A DNA stretch of 64,000 bases. Source: Pecten maximus (taxonomy: Eukaryota). The stretch covers positions 41,478,001-41,542,000 of the forward strand of contig NC_047017.1 of NCBI RefSeq assembly GCF_902652985.1, given 5' to 3'. Below are positions 41,596 through 53,563 of this stretch, piece after piece. The notes under the pieces were generated by a model. It was not told where the DNA came from and did no database searches. It was given only the letters and a program-made list of their open reading frames with translations. Within the stretch, counting starts at the first letter, position 1, and each line of letters begins with the position of its first letter. The position numbers and the translations under genes are program-made.

Positions 41596-41830
41596 AAAGG
41601 TACAAACGCATGGATTCAAAATCTTAATTACGCCCAAAGGTACAAACATGTGGAGTCAAAATATTGATTACGTCTAAAGGTAAAAACGCGTTGAGTCAAA
41701 ATCTTAATTACGTCGAAAGGTAAAAATGCGTTGAGTCAAAATCTTAATTACGTCGAAAGGTAAAAATGCGTTGAGTCAAAATCTTAATTACGTCCAAACG
41801 TAAAAAACGCGTAAAAAGTAAAAATTTTAA
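41596..41830. repeat. 40-bp tandem array, ~6 copies, probably inside a foldback element (~41434-41862)
   Basis: Unit aaaggtaaaaatgcgttgagtcaaaatcttaattacgtcg. Flanks atgaaccctctatgattt and aatttcttagagctttccat are weakly inverted. Confidence 0.85.
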
Positions 41831-44333
41831 CTTAGAAAACAGAATTTCTTAGAGCTTTCCATGATTTATGAAGTACTGTTTTGCCTTGATGAAAAACATA
41901 ACGGCAGAATATGTCTTGTTAAAATCTATATTATTGTAATATCAAATCCTCTTCTTAATAGGCAAATACCGATACCGGTTAATTCGTCCAAACAACAATC
42001 CCTTTTTTTAAAACTCGTATAAATATCACGATAACGAAAGGTATATATGCTTGTATGCATCAATATCTGTATCAGTGCACTAACTCTATCTAATAGTAAC
42101 GCCAATTTTCATTAGCTCACTGTGATATTATCAACTTTGATTTTTCTATGACGTATGATTTTAATGATACATGCTGTAAGTGTTGTACAGTTTACTGTCA
42201 AACACTTGTTAGCAGAGCTTTTGGCTCAAAGTGATATCGATCAGAAATAAAGTCTCGGAACTTTATTGCCAATAATCCTCTTTAATGTTCATGTAAGAAG
42301 TAGACAATAGATAATACTTTTGTCCATTGATTTTAAATTTTATGCTATAACCATATTTTTTATGTATTCCACAAGATTAAAATTCAGAATTAATATGTTT
42401 ACCACTACAATACCCAATAGTATTATCCTTGGTAATATATTGCAGTATTATACATGTAGGTAATTTTATATGTTATAACACAAGTATTTTTGACATTCCA
42501 CGTGTACACGAAACACTTGTTGGACTTCATGCACAATACCATTCGCGTACATATGCCATTAACTACAATATTCTTAGATCGACATAGCAATATTTAAAAA
42601 GCAAATAATGAGGGCACGAACATTTCATTTCAGAACATTAACCTTAATCTACAAAATGATGATACCATCTAATCCTACCTTACGTTTATATTGATTTATT
42701 TGACCGTGTCCACCTGTAGTTCCGTCGATTATCATATTAAATTTAATGCTGTCCTCATTTGGTCACATTTTTACTATCCAAAAGGCCAACATGTATTGTT
42801 TTACTTTCAACACCGGAAAAAAATGTTTGTATAACATTTACCGAAAGATGACTGGCTAATAGTTAGAAGCTTCTGAGAAACTCTTCTAGCATATACGAAA
42901 TCCGCCAACTAAAAAAATAAGGATACTAGTTAGAACTTGTTTATTTAATGTAAATATTAATTCTGTGATATGTACACTCTGGGAAACCATTCCGTTACAC
43001 TTATTACACTGTTGTGTCTGCCAGATCTACGCCATGATATAGTAGGTGTCTTCCATAACGCTGTCTAAAGCTATCATTTTCGTGTTGTCGTATTGCATTA
43101 CATTGTATTTGAAGTGTGTCTAGCAAATCGTTGTGGACAGTCGTAACTCATATTACCGGTTCATTAGCACAATTGGATTTTGAAAGTTTTGACACTCTTC
43201 CTCTGGGAGGTGCCGTTCTGTATTGATCGTAGTTCCAGTTCGCATCTGGGAACGAGGCATACGTTTTGTGTTTCCGTTCAGGGTGGCAGACAGGTGTTAA
43301 TTGCCGTTGATCATCACCACATTGACCGGTATTGACTAAGCGTCATCATTAATAACAAGCACAAAACTCCTCGTGCATTTGATACAATTATATCACAATT
43401 TAGGCAGCAATAGAACTATCCTTGAAAAACACCATAAAACTATCGTTAATAAGGTAAAAGTGGGTCATAAGAGCTATAAACTGAAATGTCCGCGAGAAGA
43501 CGACACGGGAAGGGTTGGTTTGATATCTTCCTGGAAAAACGATATGTTTCTTGAATGGTCAAATGAAATGAATAATTAAGGGACATCCTTTGCACAGTGT
43601 AGCTCTTTAATGTTACTTAATGTGTGAATGCTTCTATTAGTTAATGAGAGACGTTAATATTTTGAATAATTAATTATGAACTTGTGAGCGCCGCGTGTTG
43701 CCTGTCTGTGTCAATCAGGCACGTGCATTGTGATGGATGTGACGCTCGCGCCACTCTTCGACATGTTTGATGTTATTACTTGAGTCGTTAAGGTTTTTGG
43801 AGTTAATGGTGTAAATTTCTTCTCCATAAAACTCCGTTACATTTAGATTCCACTTGACCGTTCGAATTTAAATTGTGTTTCATTCTGAACTTGTCAGCTT
43901 ACACTGCATCCATTGTCAGCCTGATAGTTTGACTATTTTAGTAATCCAGAGCTATAGTGTAAGTGCACATAAAATTATCATTCTAGAGTTATACATAATT
44001 AATATACACGTCTCTGTTCTCGGAATATTTAGCGACATAAAACATAACATTTAGTGAGTTTTATTGTTCGATTTCCTGTTAACAGAAGTAAAGTGGTGGT
44101 GCAACAATTATATAACATCATTCTCATCTCTGTAAAAGTACAAATTTCGGTAATTTAGGTCACATGGGATTTGGTAGTATTTCCTGCTTCTGATCGCAGT
44201 AGTCATCAGGGCGGCTAATAAATGCTCACAATGTCATGTTCCATACTGATATTAAAACGTAATGTCCTATGCATGAATAAACTCTCCGCTGTGGCATATT
44301 GGCTAAAGATAACCTTTATTTTTTTGTTTTCAG

Positions 44334-44533
44334 CACTGCTCTATGCAACAATATTTTCCAATGTGACAACCATATTTCAACAGTTCTACGCCAATTTCGC
44401 ACGCTACCATGATATGTTGAACAGTGTCCGCGACTTCATGAAATTGCATGATGTCCCCAAGATCCTTGGAGAGCGCGTGATGGACTACATTGTGTCCACG
44501 TGGGCCATCACTAAGGGTATTGATGCCACTAAG
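44334..44533 (+). CDS. eag: eag exon (S6 and C-linker)
   Basis: tttcag|CA...AAG|gtaata. Translates (A)[66 protein letters not shown]. Phase 1/0. Confidence 0.97.
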
Positions 44534-44877
44534 GTAATATTTTAGCTCATACTCACTCCAATTATTGGGTATTCAATATGATTAAAATCATTAGTTCACC
44601 TTAACAAATAGTGTTTGAGATAAAGATTTCAATGGCTCTGTGTTTTGGTATCTCCACTCATGAACTCTCAAACGCTGCCATATCATCTGATCAATGGATC
44701 ACTTCTACATTATCCATTAATCAAAACATCCTTGAAACATTGCTTTTTGTAATGAATTATTGCTATAATAAGAATACGTTGTCAGTGTTGTTTTTCTTGG
44801 ACAATCCTAGTAATCAATTACAACCAAGATTGAAAATTGCAAACATTAAGGAGTAAATAGATTCTGTTTGATTCCAG

Positions 44878-45130
44878 GTTTTGAATTATTGTCCTAAAGA
44901 CATGAAGGCCGACTTGTGTGTTCATCTCAACCGAAAAGTCTTCATGGAGCACCCGGCCTTCCGGTTGGCCAGCGATGGTTGTTTGAGAGCGCTCGCCATG
45001 CATTTCAACATGACGCACAGTGCACCCGGTGACCTGATATTTCACCAAGGCGAAAGCCTTGATGCCTTATGCTTTGTTGTGTCAGGGTCACTAGAGGTCA
45101 TTCAGGACGATGAGGTGGTCGCCATACTGA
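44878..45130 (+). CDS. eag: eag exon (C-linker and CNBHD, first part)
   Basis: ttccag|GTT...CTG A|gtacgt. Translates [40 protein letters not shown]...[19 protein letters not shown]. Phase 0/1. Confidence 0.96.
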
Positions 45131-45734
45131 GTACGTAATGCTAGATTAGTGAATGTTTTATAAAGTTGAACCATGTGTCAAAGACATATTTCACGATATC
45201 AATGTGTTGTTTAGAATAGTGTTGCCATTCTTCTGATGTATTTCATATAACTGGCTTGTTATGCCTACATAAGGATACAATCGTGTCAGCTACCAGGCTT
45301 TGTCCTATAAATAGGCTTATACATCTGCATGTTCCACATGGAACCACACGTTGGTGTGTGACCTCTTCCATAATATCGTAAACCATTTGAATAAGGTAAA
45401 GTATCACAATAACATGTTTGCTTATTCATAGTAATACCAGCAGCTCAACAAACACAGAGTGTTCGAAAAATTGTTTCAAAAACCTTGGTATAAATTGCAT
45501 TAGTACAGAACTGTCTGATAAAAACTTATCATTCTCATTAAGCTTATTTGATGGATCCGCGGAAAATAAACAATTAAATATTTATATATTTCATTAACTC
45601 TTCCTCAATATCCCATCCAAAAGAGCAATTAAATATGCTCACACTGAACATGAGACATACTAATGTCCTCATTTATGGCAGTACCTCGACAGCGGAATGT
45701 TAGATAGTCATAGTACGCTGCTTGCCATCCCAAT

Positions 45735-45965
45735 GGACTGTCAGTCACATTACTGTTTGTAGGCCCTGTGGAATATTAGTCACATGACTGTTTGTAAGCC
45801 TAATGGAATATTAGTTTCATTATGTTGGCAGTGTGACATATCAGCCACATTTACATGTGTACTGTTTGTACGCTTAGTGGAATGTTGGTTACATTACTGT
45901 TTGTAAGCTTAGTGAGATGTTGATTACATTACTGCTTGTAAACCTGGTAATATTTTAGTCACAAT
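45735..45965. repeat. Degenerate ~35-bp tandem array
   Basis: Recurring gaatattagtcacattactgtttgtaagc-like units. Confidence 0.65.
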
Positions 45966-46450
45966 TTTTCTTGGAAGCTGGAATGGCATAGTTTGTACTT
46001 GGGCAGATCCCACGCGTTACCGATAACAAACATGCTACATTGCAAAACAAGTATTCTAAAGTACCATTCCACGAGGACAGTAAGGACACCCATCCACTTT
46101 TTCCTTTGCCAAGTTCCTAGTATGACGTCACTCATTATCTATTGTCTTTCGGAATATAATTGTTCTATATCTTTTGAAACTTCCCAAGTTTGCTGCTGTG
46201 ACTTATGAGGAATAATTATGATAAATTTATATCTTACCCAGTCTGTTTCCTTAGACAGCCTTTTTGGGATTAGGTAATATAAGATGTTCCTTATTTTCAC
46301 AATATGATATCTATATGATGTATTGCCAAAATGTCTTCTGTCACTAAGTTCGAGTACGCTTCCTTCATCATAATCCTATTTTTATATTACCCACTGACAC
46401 TTTAAATGTATGTTATATCTTAAACATATGCTGTTATGACTGCGTTACGT

Positions 46451-46668
46451 TTATTGTACTCCCAAACCTGCAGCAGAAGTTAGGGGGTATATCGGAATCA
46501 TCTTGTCTCTCTGTCTGAAACTACACAGGAATATTATGGACCATATGGTCTGCACTCTCAATTACTACTATAATATATTGTAATAGGTATATTGACTATA
46601 CACGTTACAAGTGTATGCAAATGAAGCGGCCAGGGGCGGGGTATTAATCACACGCTTACAGTTCTTTT
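46451..46668 (+). mobile_element. Helentron-associated (HINE/DINE-like) non-autonomous remnant
   Basis: ttattgtactccc...gggggtatatcggaatcatcttgtctctctgtctg (subterminal inverted repeat plus GTCY-like microsatellite start) and 3' ggcggggtattaatcac...agttctttt inserted in a T-run. Confidence 0.5.
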
Positions 46669-46926
46669 TATCGGTTAGCGTTCCCTTGGACATCTCTTTG
46701 GTTGTGAATGTCTCCCAAGACATTCATTCTCTATGTGCCTACCTGTTGGTGTCTCCCTAGACTGTCGTTGCAAGGGAAAAAACTAGATAAATAAAATAAA
46801 CGTGTGGTAATACTTCAGAATTTTAAAGCATTTAAGTTTGAAATCTGTGAGAAACATGAAGAAAAACAATGGCAATGGTGTTAGCGAATTGGATTAAAAT
46901 AGAGCTGAATTCCCTTGTTTCCGCAG

Positions 46927-47123
46927 GTAAAGGTGACGTATTTGGCGACAACTTTTGGAAAGAACAGTCGATCGGCCAATCCACAGCCAATGTTCGAGCT
47001 CTAACCTACTGTGATCTCCACACCATCAAAAGGGTTCGGATATTAGAAGTTCTAGAATTCTACCACGCCTTCGCCAACTCATTCGCCAGGAATCTCACAC
47101 TAACGTACAACCTCCGTCACAGA
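46927..47123 (+). CDS. eag: eag exon (CNBHD, second part, with intrinsic ligand YNL)
   Basis: ccgcag|GT...AGA|gttagt. Translates [12 protein letters not shown]...[12 protein letters not shown]...[14 protein letters not shown]. Phase 1/0. Confidence 0.96.
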
Positions 47124-47602
47124 GTTAGTATATATGGTGTGACTGTTTGTCTCGAGGGACATGGTTATTCCCGTGTAATCGCATAAGTGTTTCTACACAT
47201 ATTTATACTTAGTGTTCAGGAGTGAAAATGATGAAATATAAATGAGCCTGTATTGAAGATCTGGAAACGAGCATTGTTATCTCCATCACAAATAAAATAT
47301 GTAGACTATAGATAATTATGTATGACTTTACTGCCAATTGGTTTTCGGTAGAACTAACGCCATGGAATATATCATAATAAAGACAAATCTCAAGAATTAT
47401 TTGCTTCTTACTTGCAATAATAACGGTTAAATTAAAAGTGCATGCAATTGTGTTGCACACTGTATACAGAGTAGCATTAATACACGTTATGGGTTTGAGT
47501 TTATGATATACATTTACTTCAATGCAGATAGTGGGTATCATTATAATGCCAAACACCTTACAGTGTATAAGTATAAAATAAAGAGCTTTGTTTGTGTTTC
47601 AG

Positions 47603-49057
47603 TTGATTTTCCGGAAAGTTGCCGATGTCAAAAAAGAGAAAGAACTGGCAGAAAAGAGGAAAAATGACCCACCATTGGAGTTGTCGAGTGATCATCCAGT
47701 TCGTAAGCTTATTTCACGATTTCGAAAAATAAGCGATGCGAAGGCCATGCAACCAAATAATGATCCCGAGCGCGGACGTATGTCTGCCATGGATATGGCC
47801 GAACGACCGCGGAGTTTTACGAGGCTTATCAATGTCTCCGAGGGCTCTCAAGGCGGCTCACCTGTCCCAAAAATAGGAGGTGGAGCTTCGAAATGGGGGA
47901 AAATAATGAACGGGAGTGTGCCGTCGGAAGGGACATCGGATAACAACCAAAATAAATTAAATGTTGAAAAGGAGAAGGATGATTTACAGACAAAGATAAA
48001 TGAGGCACCAAAAGCGACAGTAAAACCCTTATCTAAATGGGGCAAAATGATGGCAAAACCTCCGGAACCGATAAATGAAGCTCCGGAGGACGATCAGAAA
48101 TCTAATCTGAAAAAGACAGATTCAACCGACAGTGGAATTCTCCGTAGTAATGTGAAATTAGACCAATTAGCGGAAGACACTGTGAGCGAGGGCCCCCAGA
48201 CATTGAGGGAGTCGACATCCGGGGCACTCTCAGTAGCCGAACGTCAAATGCTGACGTCTCTCTATGATATAAGGTTAGAAATCAAGGAGGAAATAGACGT
48301 GTTACACCAAAAAATGACAAGAATAGATGAACAAATGTCGGAAATGCTCCGGATGTTTTCTCCTAGCACCACTCCGTGTTCGTCACAAGAGTCGACATAT
48401 CCAGTGTCGAAAATTACTTCACCACGTAATACTACTACCAACACCACGGCAAGTATCGATAACACTCCAAAATCGTCAGTAGAATCCTCGCCCAAAAGGC
48501 GAGTGGCTGACGTGAACTTTATCGCAAAATCGTCGACGACGTCAGCACCACGACCAAACTCGCCGGCTAGTGTTAAGTCACGTGATTCGCAATCAAAGAC
48601 GTCTCAGGGCTCTTCCGTAGATATATCTAGAGGGTCTCAGAATGACTCTCGTTCTTCCTCGCCAGCTGGCCGAAGTTCGACACCTGTAAAGACTTCAAAC
48701 ATCTCGTCGATGTGTGATGATGTTCTTAAAATGGATGTGAAAACTAAGTTGATTAAAGCTCACCCAAAAGGCCTGCAAAACAAATCACCCAGTGCTCGAT
48801 ACAGTGCACACGTAAGCAACCAGCAAAGACAACAACATTCCCCACCGAAACATGTTCAACTTAGCAGCTCATCGGAGCCCTCGGGATCTGTAAGTGATTC
48901 GGGGTCCCAACAGTCCCAACCGTCCCACGGGGCTCATTCGTCTCCCGGAGACGGAAAGTCAGGGTCAGATCGAGGTCAACAGGTGTTGGCTGGACTTCGG
49001 ATTCCCTCGGACGATAACGACGCACACATTAAAGACAGAGACTTAGATATCTTATGA
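47603..49057 (+). CDS. eag: eag last coding exon (CaM-binding segment, tetramerising coiled coil, long S/P-rich tail)
   Basis: tttcag|TTG. LIFRKVADVKKEKE...HPVRKLISRFRK as in EAG; coiled coil LYDIRLEIKEEIDVLHQKMTRIDEQMSEML; TGA at 49055-49057. Confidence 0.95.
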   Translation: MIFRKVADVKKEKELAEKRKNDPPLELSSDHPVRKLISRFRKISDAKAMQPNNDPERGRMSAMDMAERPRSFTRLINVSEGSQGGSPVPKIGGGASKWGKIMNGSVPSEGTSDNNQNKLNVEKEKDDLQTKINEAPKATVKPLSKWGKMMAKPPEPINEAPEDDQKSNLKKTDSTDSGILRSNVKLDQLAEDTVSEGPQTLRESTSGALSVAERQMLTSLYDIRLEIKEEIDVLHQKMTRIDEQMSEMLRMFSPSTTPCSSQESTYPVSKITSPRNTTTNTTASIDNTPKSSVESSPKRRVADVNFIAKSSTTSAPRPNSPASVKSRDSQSKTSQGSSVDISRGSQNDSRSSSPAGRSSTPVKTSNISSMCDDVLKMDVKTKLIKAHPKGLQNKSPSARYSAHVSNQQRQQHSPPKHVQLSSSSEPSGSVSDSGSQQSQPSHGAHSSPGDGKSGSDRGQQVLAGLRIPSDDNDAHIKDRDLDIL

Positions 49058-49760
49058 GGAATATGTGGTCTACGGTTGTGAGGTTATCTGTGATTATCCT
49101 AGGCAACCTTACTATTGTTACAAATAATTAAGTGATATCTCGCCCGCATTAATATCAAGGTGATACAAATGAAATTGGAGTTATTGTTACTGTCGGTGAG
49201 ATTGTTCATAAGGTTCCGGATCGTTCAACTAACTGTGGAATCATTGAGATACATGGTCACCAGTTTCAAATTATTCTGGGCACCTCAGAAGAGAATCTTC
49301 TCTTCCGATTAATTCGAATATACTTCCGTTTTTGTGAATGTGTCGCTTCATGGGTCTATGTCGCACAACAAGGAGAGAATAGAGCGGATCTCCACGCAAC
49401 TGTCTGACCGTACCATATGTGTATACATATAGGCGATCTGACAGAGAAGCAAAACAGAAAAAGAACTTGAACCAGCATGGATTCTAGTTAGGCAACATGG
49501 CTATTCTAATTAGCCATCAGGGCGTCTAATCAGGCGGTTGTATTTTTCAGGGATTGTTATTCTCTATGTGAGCGTGGAATTGAAAGCAAAGTGTTGTTAG
49601 TTTTCAATATATACTGAATAATGCAAAACCAAAGATACAGAGATATGTTGGAATGTTTTCACTGTATATGACGATAGTTAAACTCATTTTCTTAGGAACA
49701 ATTAATGGCAGTTTGTTTTCCACTGCTCATTGTTGAACAGAATGACTAAAAACCTTTCCA

Positions 49761-49780
49761 GTGACGCCACCTGGTGGTAG
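49761..49780 (-). promoter_or_regulatory. Candidate CTCF site
   Basis: Minus strand CTACCACCAGGTGGCGTCAC matches the CTCF core CCACCAGRKGGCG. Motif match only. Confidence 0.55.
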
Positions 49781-49979
49781 TGTCTACACTATGTGATATC
49801 TATTCTGCATTTGCTCACTGTCCAATAGTGAAAGATTAGCTCTGTATTTCCCCGTCAATATCATTCTTCAAGACTATGAACGTGGAACCATGCTTAAGCG
49901 ATGAAAGTCAACAGCCTGTATATGAACCAATATCTAGCCAGTTTTGTTTTAGGAATTAATGTTGCTTAAGTTGTCGTCC

Positions 49980-51050
49980 AGGTATGTCTGACTTACTGTC
50001 GCTAACGTGTGTGTTTGGTACAGGGATGGTCGACTAGCTATCTCAAATTACTTGTGTATCGGTACAGGGATGGCCGAATCATTGTTGTTAATCTGTGTAT
50101 CAGTACAGGGACCGTTACCTAACCGTCGATAACCTATGTACCGGTACAAGGACCGTCGACTCACTGTCACTAATCTGTGTACCAGTACAGGGACGGCCGA
50201 CTCACCGACGCTAACTTGTGTACCGGTACAACGACCGTCGACTCACTGTCGGTAATCTGTGTACCAGTACAGGGACGACCGACTCACCGACGCTAACTTG
50301 TGTACCGGTACAAGGACGTCGACTCACTGTCGGTAATCTGTGTACCAGTACATGGACGGCCGACTCACCGACGCTAACTTGTGTACCGGTACAAGGACGT
50401 CGACTCACTGTCACTAATCTGTGTATCAGTACATGGACGGCCGACTCACCGACGCTAACTTGTGTACCGGTACAAGGACGTCGACTCACTGTCACTAATC
50501 TGTGTATCAGTACATGGACGGCCGACTCACCGACGCTAACTTGTGTACCGGTACAAGGACGTCGACTCACTGTCGGTAATCTGTGTACCAGTACATGGAC
50601 GGCCGACTCACCGACGCTAACTTGTGTACCGGTACAAGGACGTCGACTCACTGTCGGTAATCTGTGTACCAGTACAGGGATTGTGGACTAACAATCGCTA
50701 ACCTGTGTATCGGTACTGGAATGGCTGACTAAATGTCACTGACCTGTGCATAGATGCAGGGGTGGTCAACTCACATTCGCAAACCTATTAGTCGGTACAG
50801 GGACGGCCGACTCGCCATCGCTAACCTGTTTATCGGCACAGGGACGGCCGTCTCACTGTCGCTAACCTGTTTATCGGCAAATGGACGGCTTTACTAACTG
50901 TCGATAACCTGTTGATTGGTACAGGGTCGGCCGACTCATTGTCGCTAACCTGTCTAACGGCACAGGGACGGCCGACTCATTTTCGCTAACCTGTTGATCG
51001 GTACAGGGACGGCCGTTTCACGTGACGGCCGAATCGCTGTCGCTAACTTC
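49980..51050. repeat. ~41-bp monomer array with an 81-bp dimeric homogeneous core (~50150-50680)
   Basis: 81-bp period (e.g. 50341 vs 50422). Flanks are divergent ggtacagggacggccgactcactgtcgctaacctgt monomers. Confidence 0.93.
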
Positions 51051-53126
51051 TAACTCAACCAATTGTATAGCTTCGTTATCCTAATGGAATCCACAAAATT
51101 TCATGGGGAATTTGAATTTTAATCTTGATACGTGTTATCTTTATGGTTATTTTTTTTTTATTGCTGTTTAATTATGAAGATGATATTATTGCCACCCGTT
51201 TAAGAAATGTTTCCTTTTTTTCTTCCACTCGGAGGATCCAAAACATTCCACTGCCTTCCAATCATAGCACCCGGAACACATTCACGCATTCTTAACATGG
51301 TCGTCTTATCTAGATAGTCAAGTAAATCATCATACTGCATTGTTCATTTTAATTGCATGTTTTCCGTACCATCAATGCAATGTGTATGACTCATTGTATT
51401 GTGATATTTAAAACTGATCTTTGAAATTAAATGCACGTAAACAAAATTTTGAGGACAAAAGCCAAACGATGGATTGATCCATTTTTGCTCATGAAAGTGA
51501 AAAACGTTCATGAAACAAAAAGTTTGTCGTCACATGCACTTAGGTCTGAGCTAACCACTTTATTCCCGATATAAATAGTGACGCTATTTTTCAGGTGTAA
51601 GGACTAAGCTTTTTTTTAATGTCTTTTGATTATCTTTTAGCCATACGTACACCAGTCATTGTGTTGTCCTGTTTAATTCACAGTTTGCTCCGATGCCCAC
51701 CTAGTAGAGGAATGACTTGGACAAAATAATCACAAGTTAGATGACCAAGTAATTAGCTTACCGTTCGAGACGAAGAGCCATATCTTAACATTTTTGACGG
51801 TAAATGTTACTTGTAGAGTCGCTAGGCTATACACTATGTGACGTTACAACACCTCCATGGAACTCACAATGTTAAAATGTCAATTGGTTACACAAACGTA
51901 TTGGTAAACACCATTTGCTAATGTAGATTACAGCACTGGTAGTTTCAAATTGAAAATGTTTTCTTTTTATTGAAAATATCCCTCGGCTTATACAGTGCTC
52001 AAAACGATGCAAAACCTACAAGGCATTAGATGAACAAAAACGTCATTTTACGCAACCTATGTATAATATATTGGGTTATTTGTGACTTTTATGGGAACAC
52101 CGAACATGAACAAAGTACGAAAAAACAAACTTATAAATGTTGTATCCGTATTGGTCATACACTATGTATACTACATTTCCTAAAAGGTCAAATTTGTTTA
52201 TTTCTAGACACAGATAATATTGTAAGAGATATATATTTATAACAGACAACTTTAAATTTATTATGTAATTGTAAAGTTATATTTTGATACAGAGTTACTT
52301 TGAATTCACTTGTTGAAATTCAATTGGCTTCCAGGTGCTTCTGTCACATAAAACATTTGTATCAATATGATACTACACTCGGGATTCCTTGTTTTGGTAT
52401 TTGGCGTTTCAAGTGGTAAAATCTGCATATACTAAAAGATTTAGATTATTCATGAATTTTGGACAGGATTTTTCAGGTCTTCAACAAAACATTTATAAAG
52501 AAAGAAATGTTTCTAGGCGTTGATTGTTTTACCACATCACGATGTTGTTAATGTTCCACTGTACTTTCCTCAATTCTTGTTATTTGAGCTAAGGTTAGTG
52601 TAAGCAATTATTACGTACGCCAACCAATCCCTACCCATGATAATAACGTTGCCCAGAGCGCCTTTATAGAATTTAAAAACCTTTAAGCGATACACAGTCG
52701 CCTAATTGTACAATATACTTCCTTATTGCTCCGTTGTAATGTTGAGTTAATAGGTTTTGAGAAGTAAACCAGCCACGGCTCTCTGTCCTATTTATGGTAT
52801 GAAAACAGAGAATTCTAAACGAGTTACGCTTGAGAGGAAGTACCTATAAGTTAGTTTGCAATCAAAAGCATTTAGACACATAAAAAGCCCTTTGAATGAT
52901 AAGTTGTTTTTGCATTTATAAATGAGCCTGATTGTTTTGTGTGATAAATGTTGATACAGTTTTATCGAAGTTAATCTATTAAAATAATGAAGTACTTTGT
53001 TTTACTTCATTTAGTTAAGTCTTGTTTAATTTATTTCCACTTTGCATAATCTAGAAACTGTTGTTTTAAAGTTGGGCTTTGTATACTTAGGTAGGTTTTA
53101 TAAGGCATTTTGCTATAATGTGATGT

Positions 53127-53225
53127 CTGCGCACGCGTAACGTCTGTATTGGCACCGCCCCTCACGCCTCGTAACCACGCCCACGCCTGGGGGACGGCGC
53201 TGACAATGTAAGGAACCACGGCTCA
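53127..53225. promoter_or_regulatory. Promoter-like GC-rich motif cluster
   Basis: gcgcacgcg (NRF1-like), attgg (CCAAT reverse), ccgcccc and ccacgccc (Sp/KLF) within about 60 bp of an otherwise AT-rich region. Confidence 0.4.
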
Positions 53226-53563
53226 CTCTGGACACAGTTCCATGTGATATTTTCATCATTTTAATGGTATAATAATACATTTCACATAGAGTCTTTCACT
53301 CCGGTATTCCATCCAACGTTTTGTTGATTTTTTATCTTGTTTCCCCTCACATGTAATATATTACCTGTTTACAACATTGTTAATAAACCACCCACCTTTA
53401 TCATTCATTTTCGATTAATAAAAATAAATTACTTTTTAATCGAGTTATTTTTTCTATTATCTATTTCAGGTGTTCAGTACAGTTCTATTTCCTGGCATGA
53501 TTTATTTGTACAATAACACTGATTTCTATTGTTCTCTCACGACATCAGGTACAAATGTTTTCA

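Noticed and set aside
45131-45140. Alternative donor gtaatg at 45135
   Set aside because: Gives phase 2, incompatible with the phase-1 start of the next exon.
47829-48495. Antisense ORFs overlapping eag exons (also 30333, 34579, 37841, 44818)
   Set aside because: Shadow ORFs of the real coding strand.
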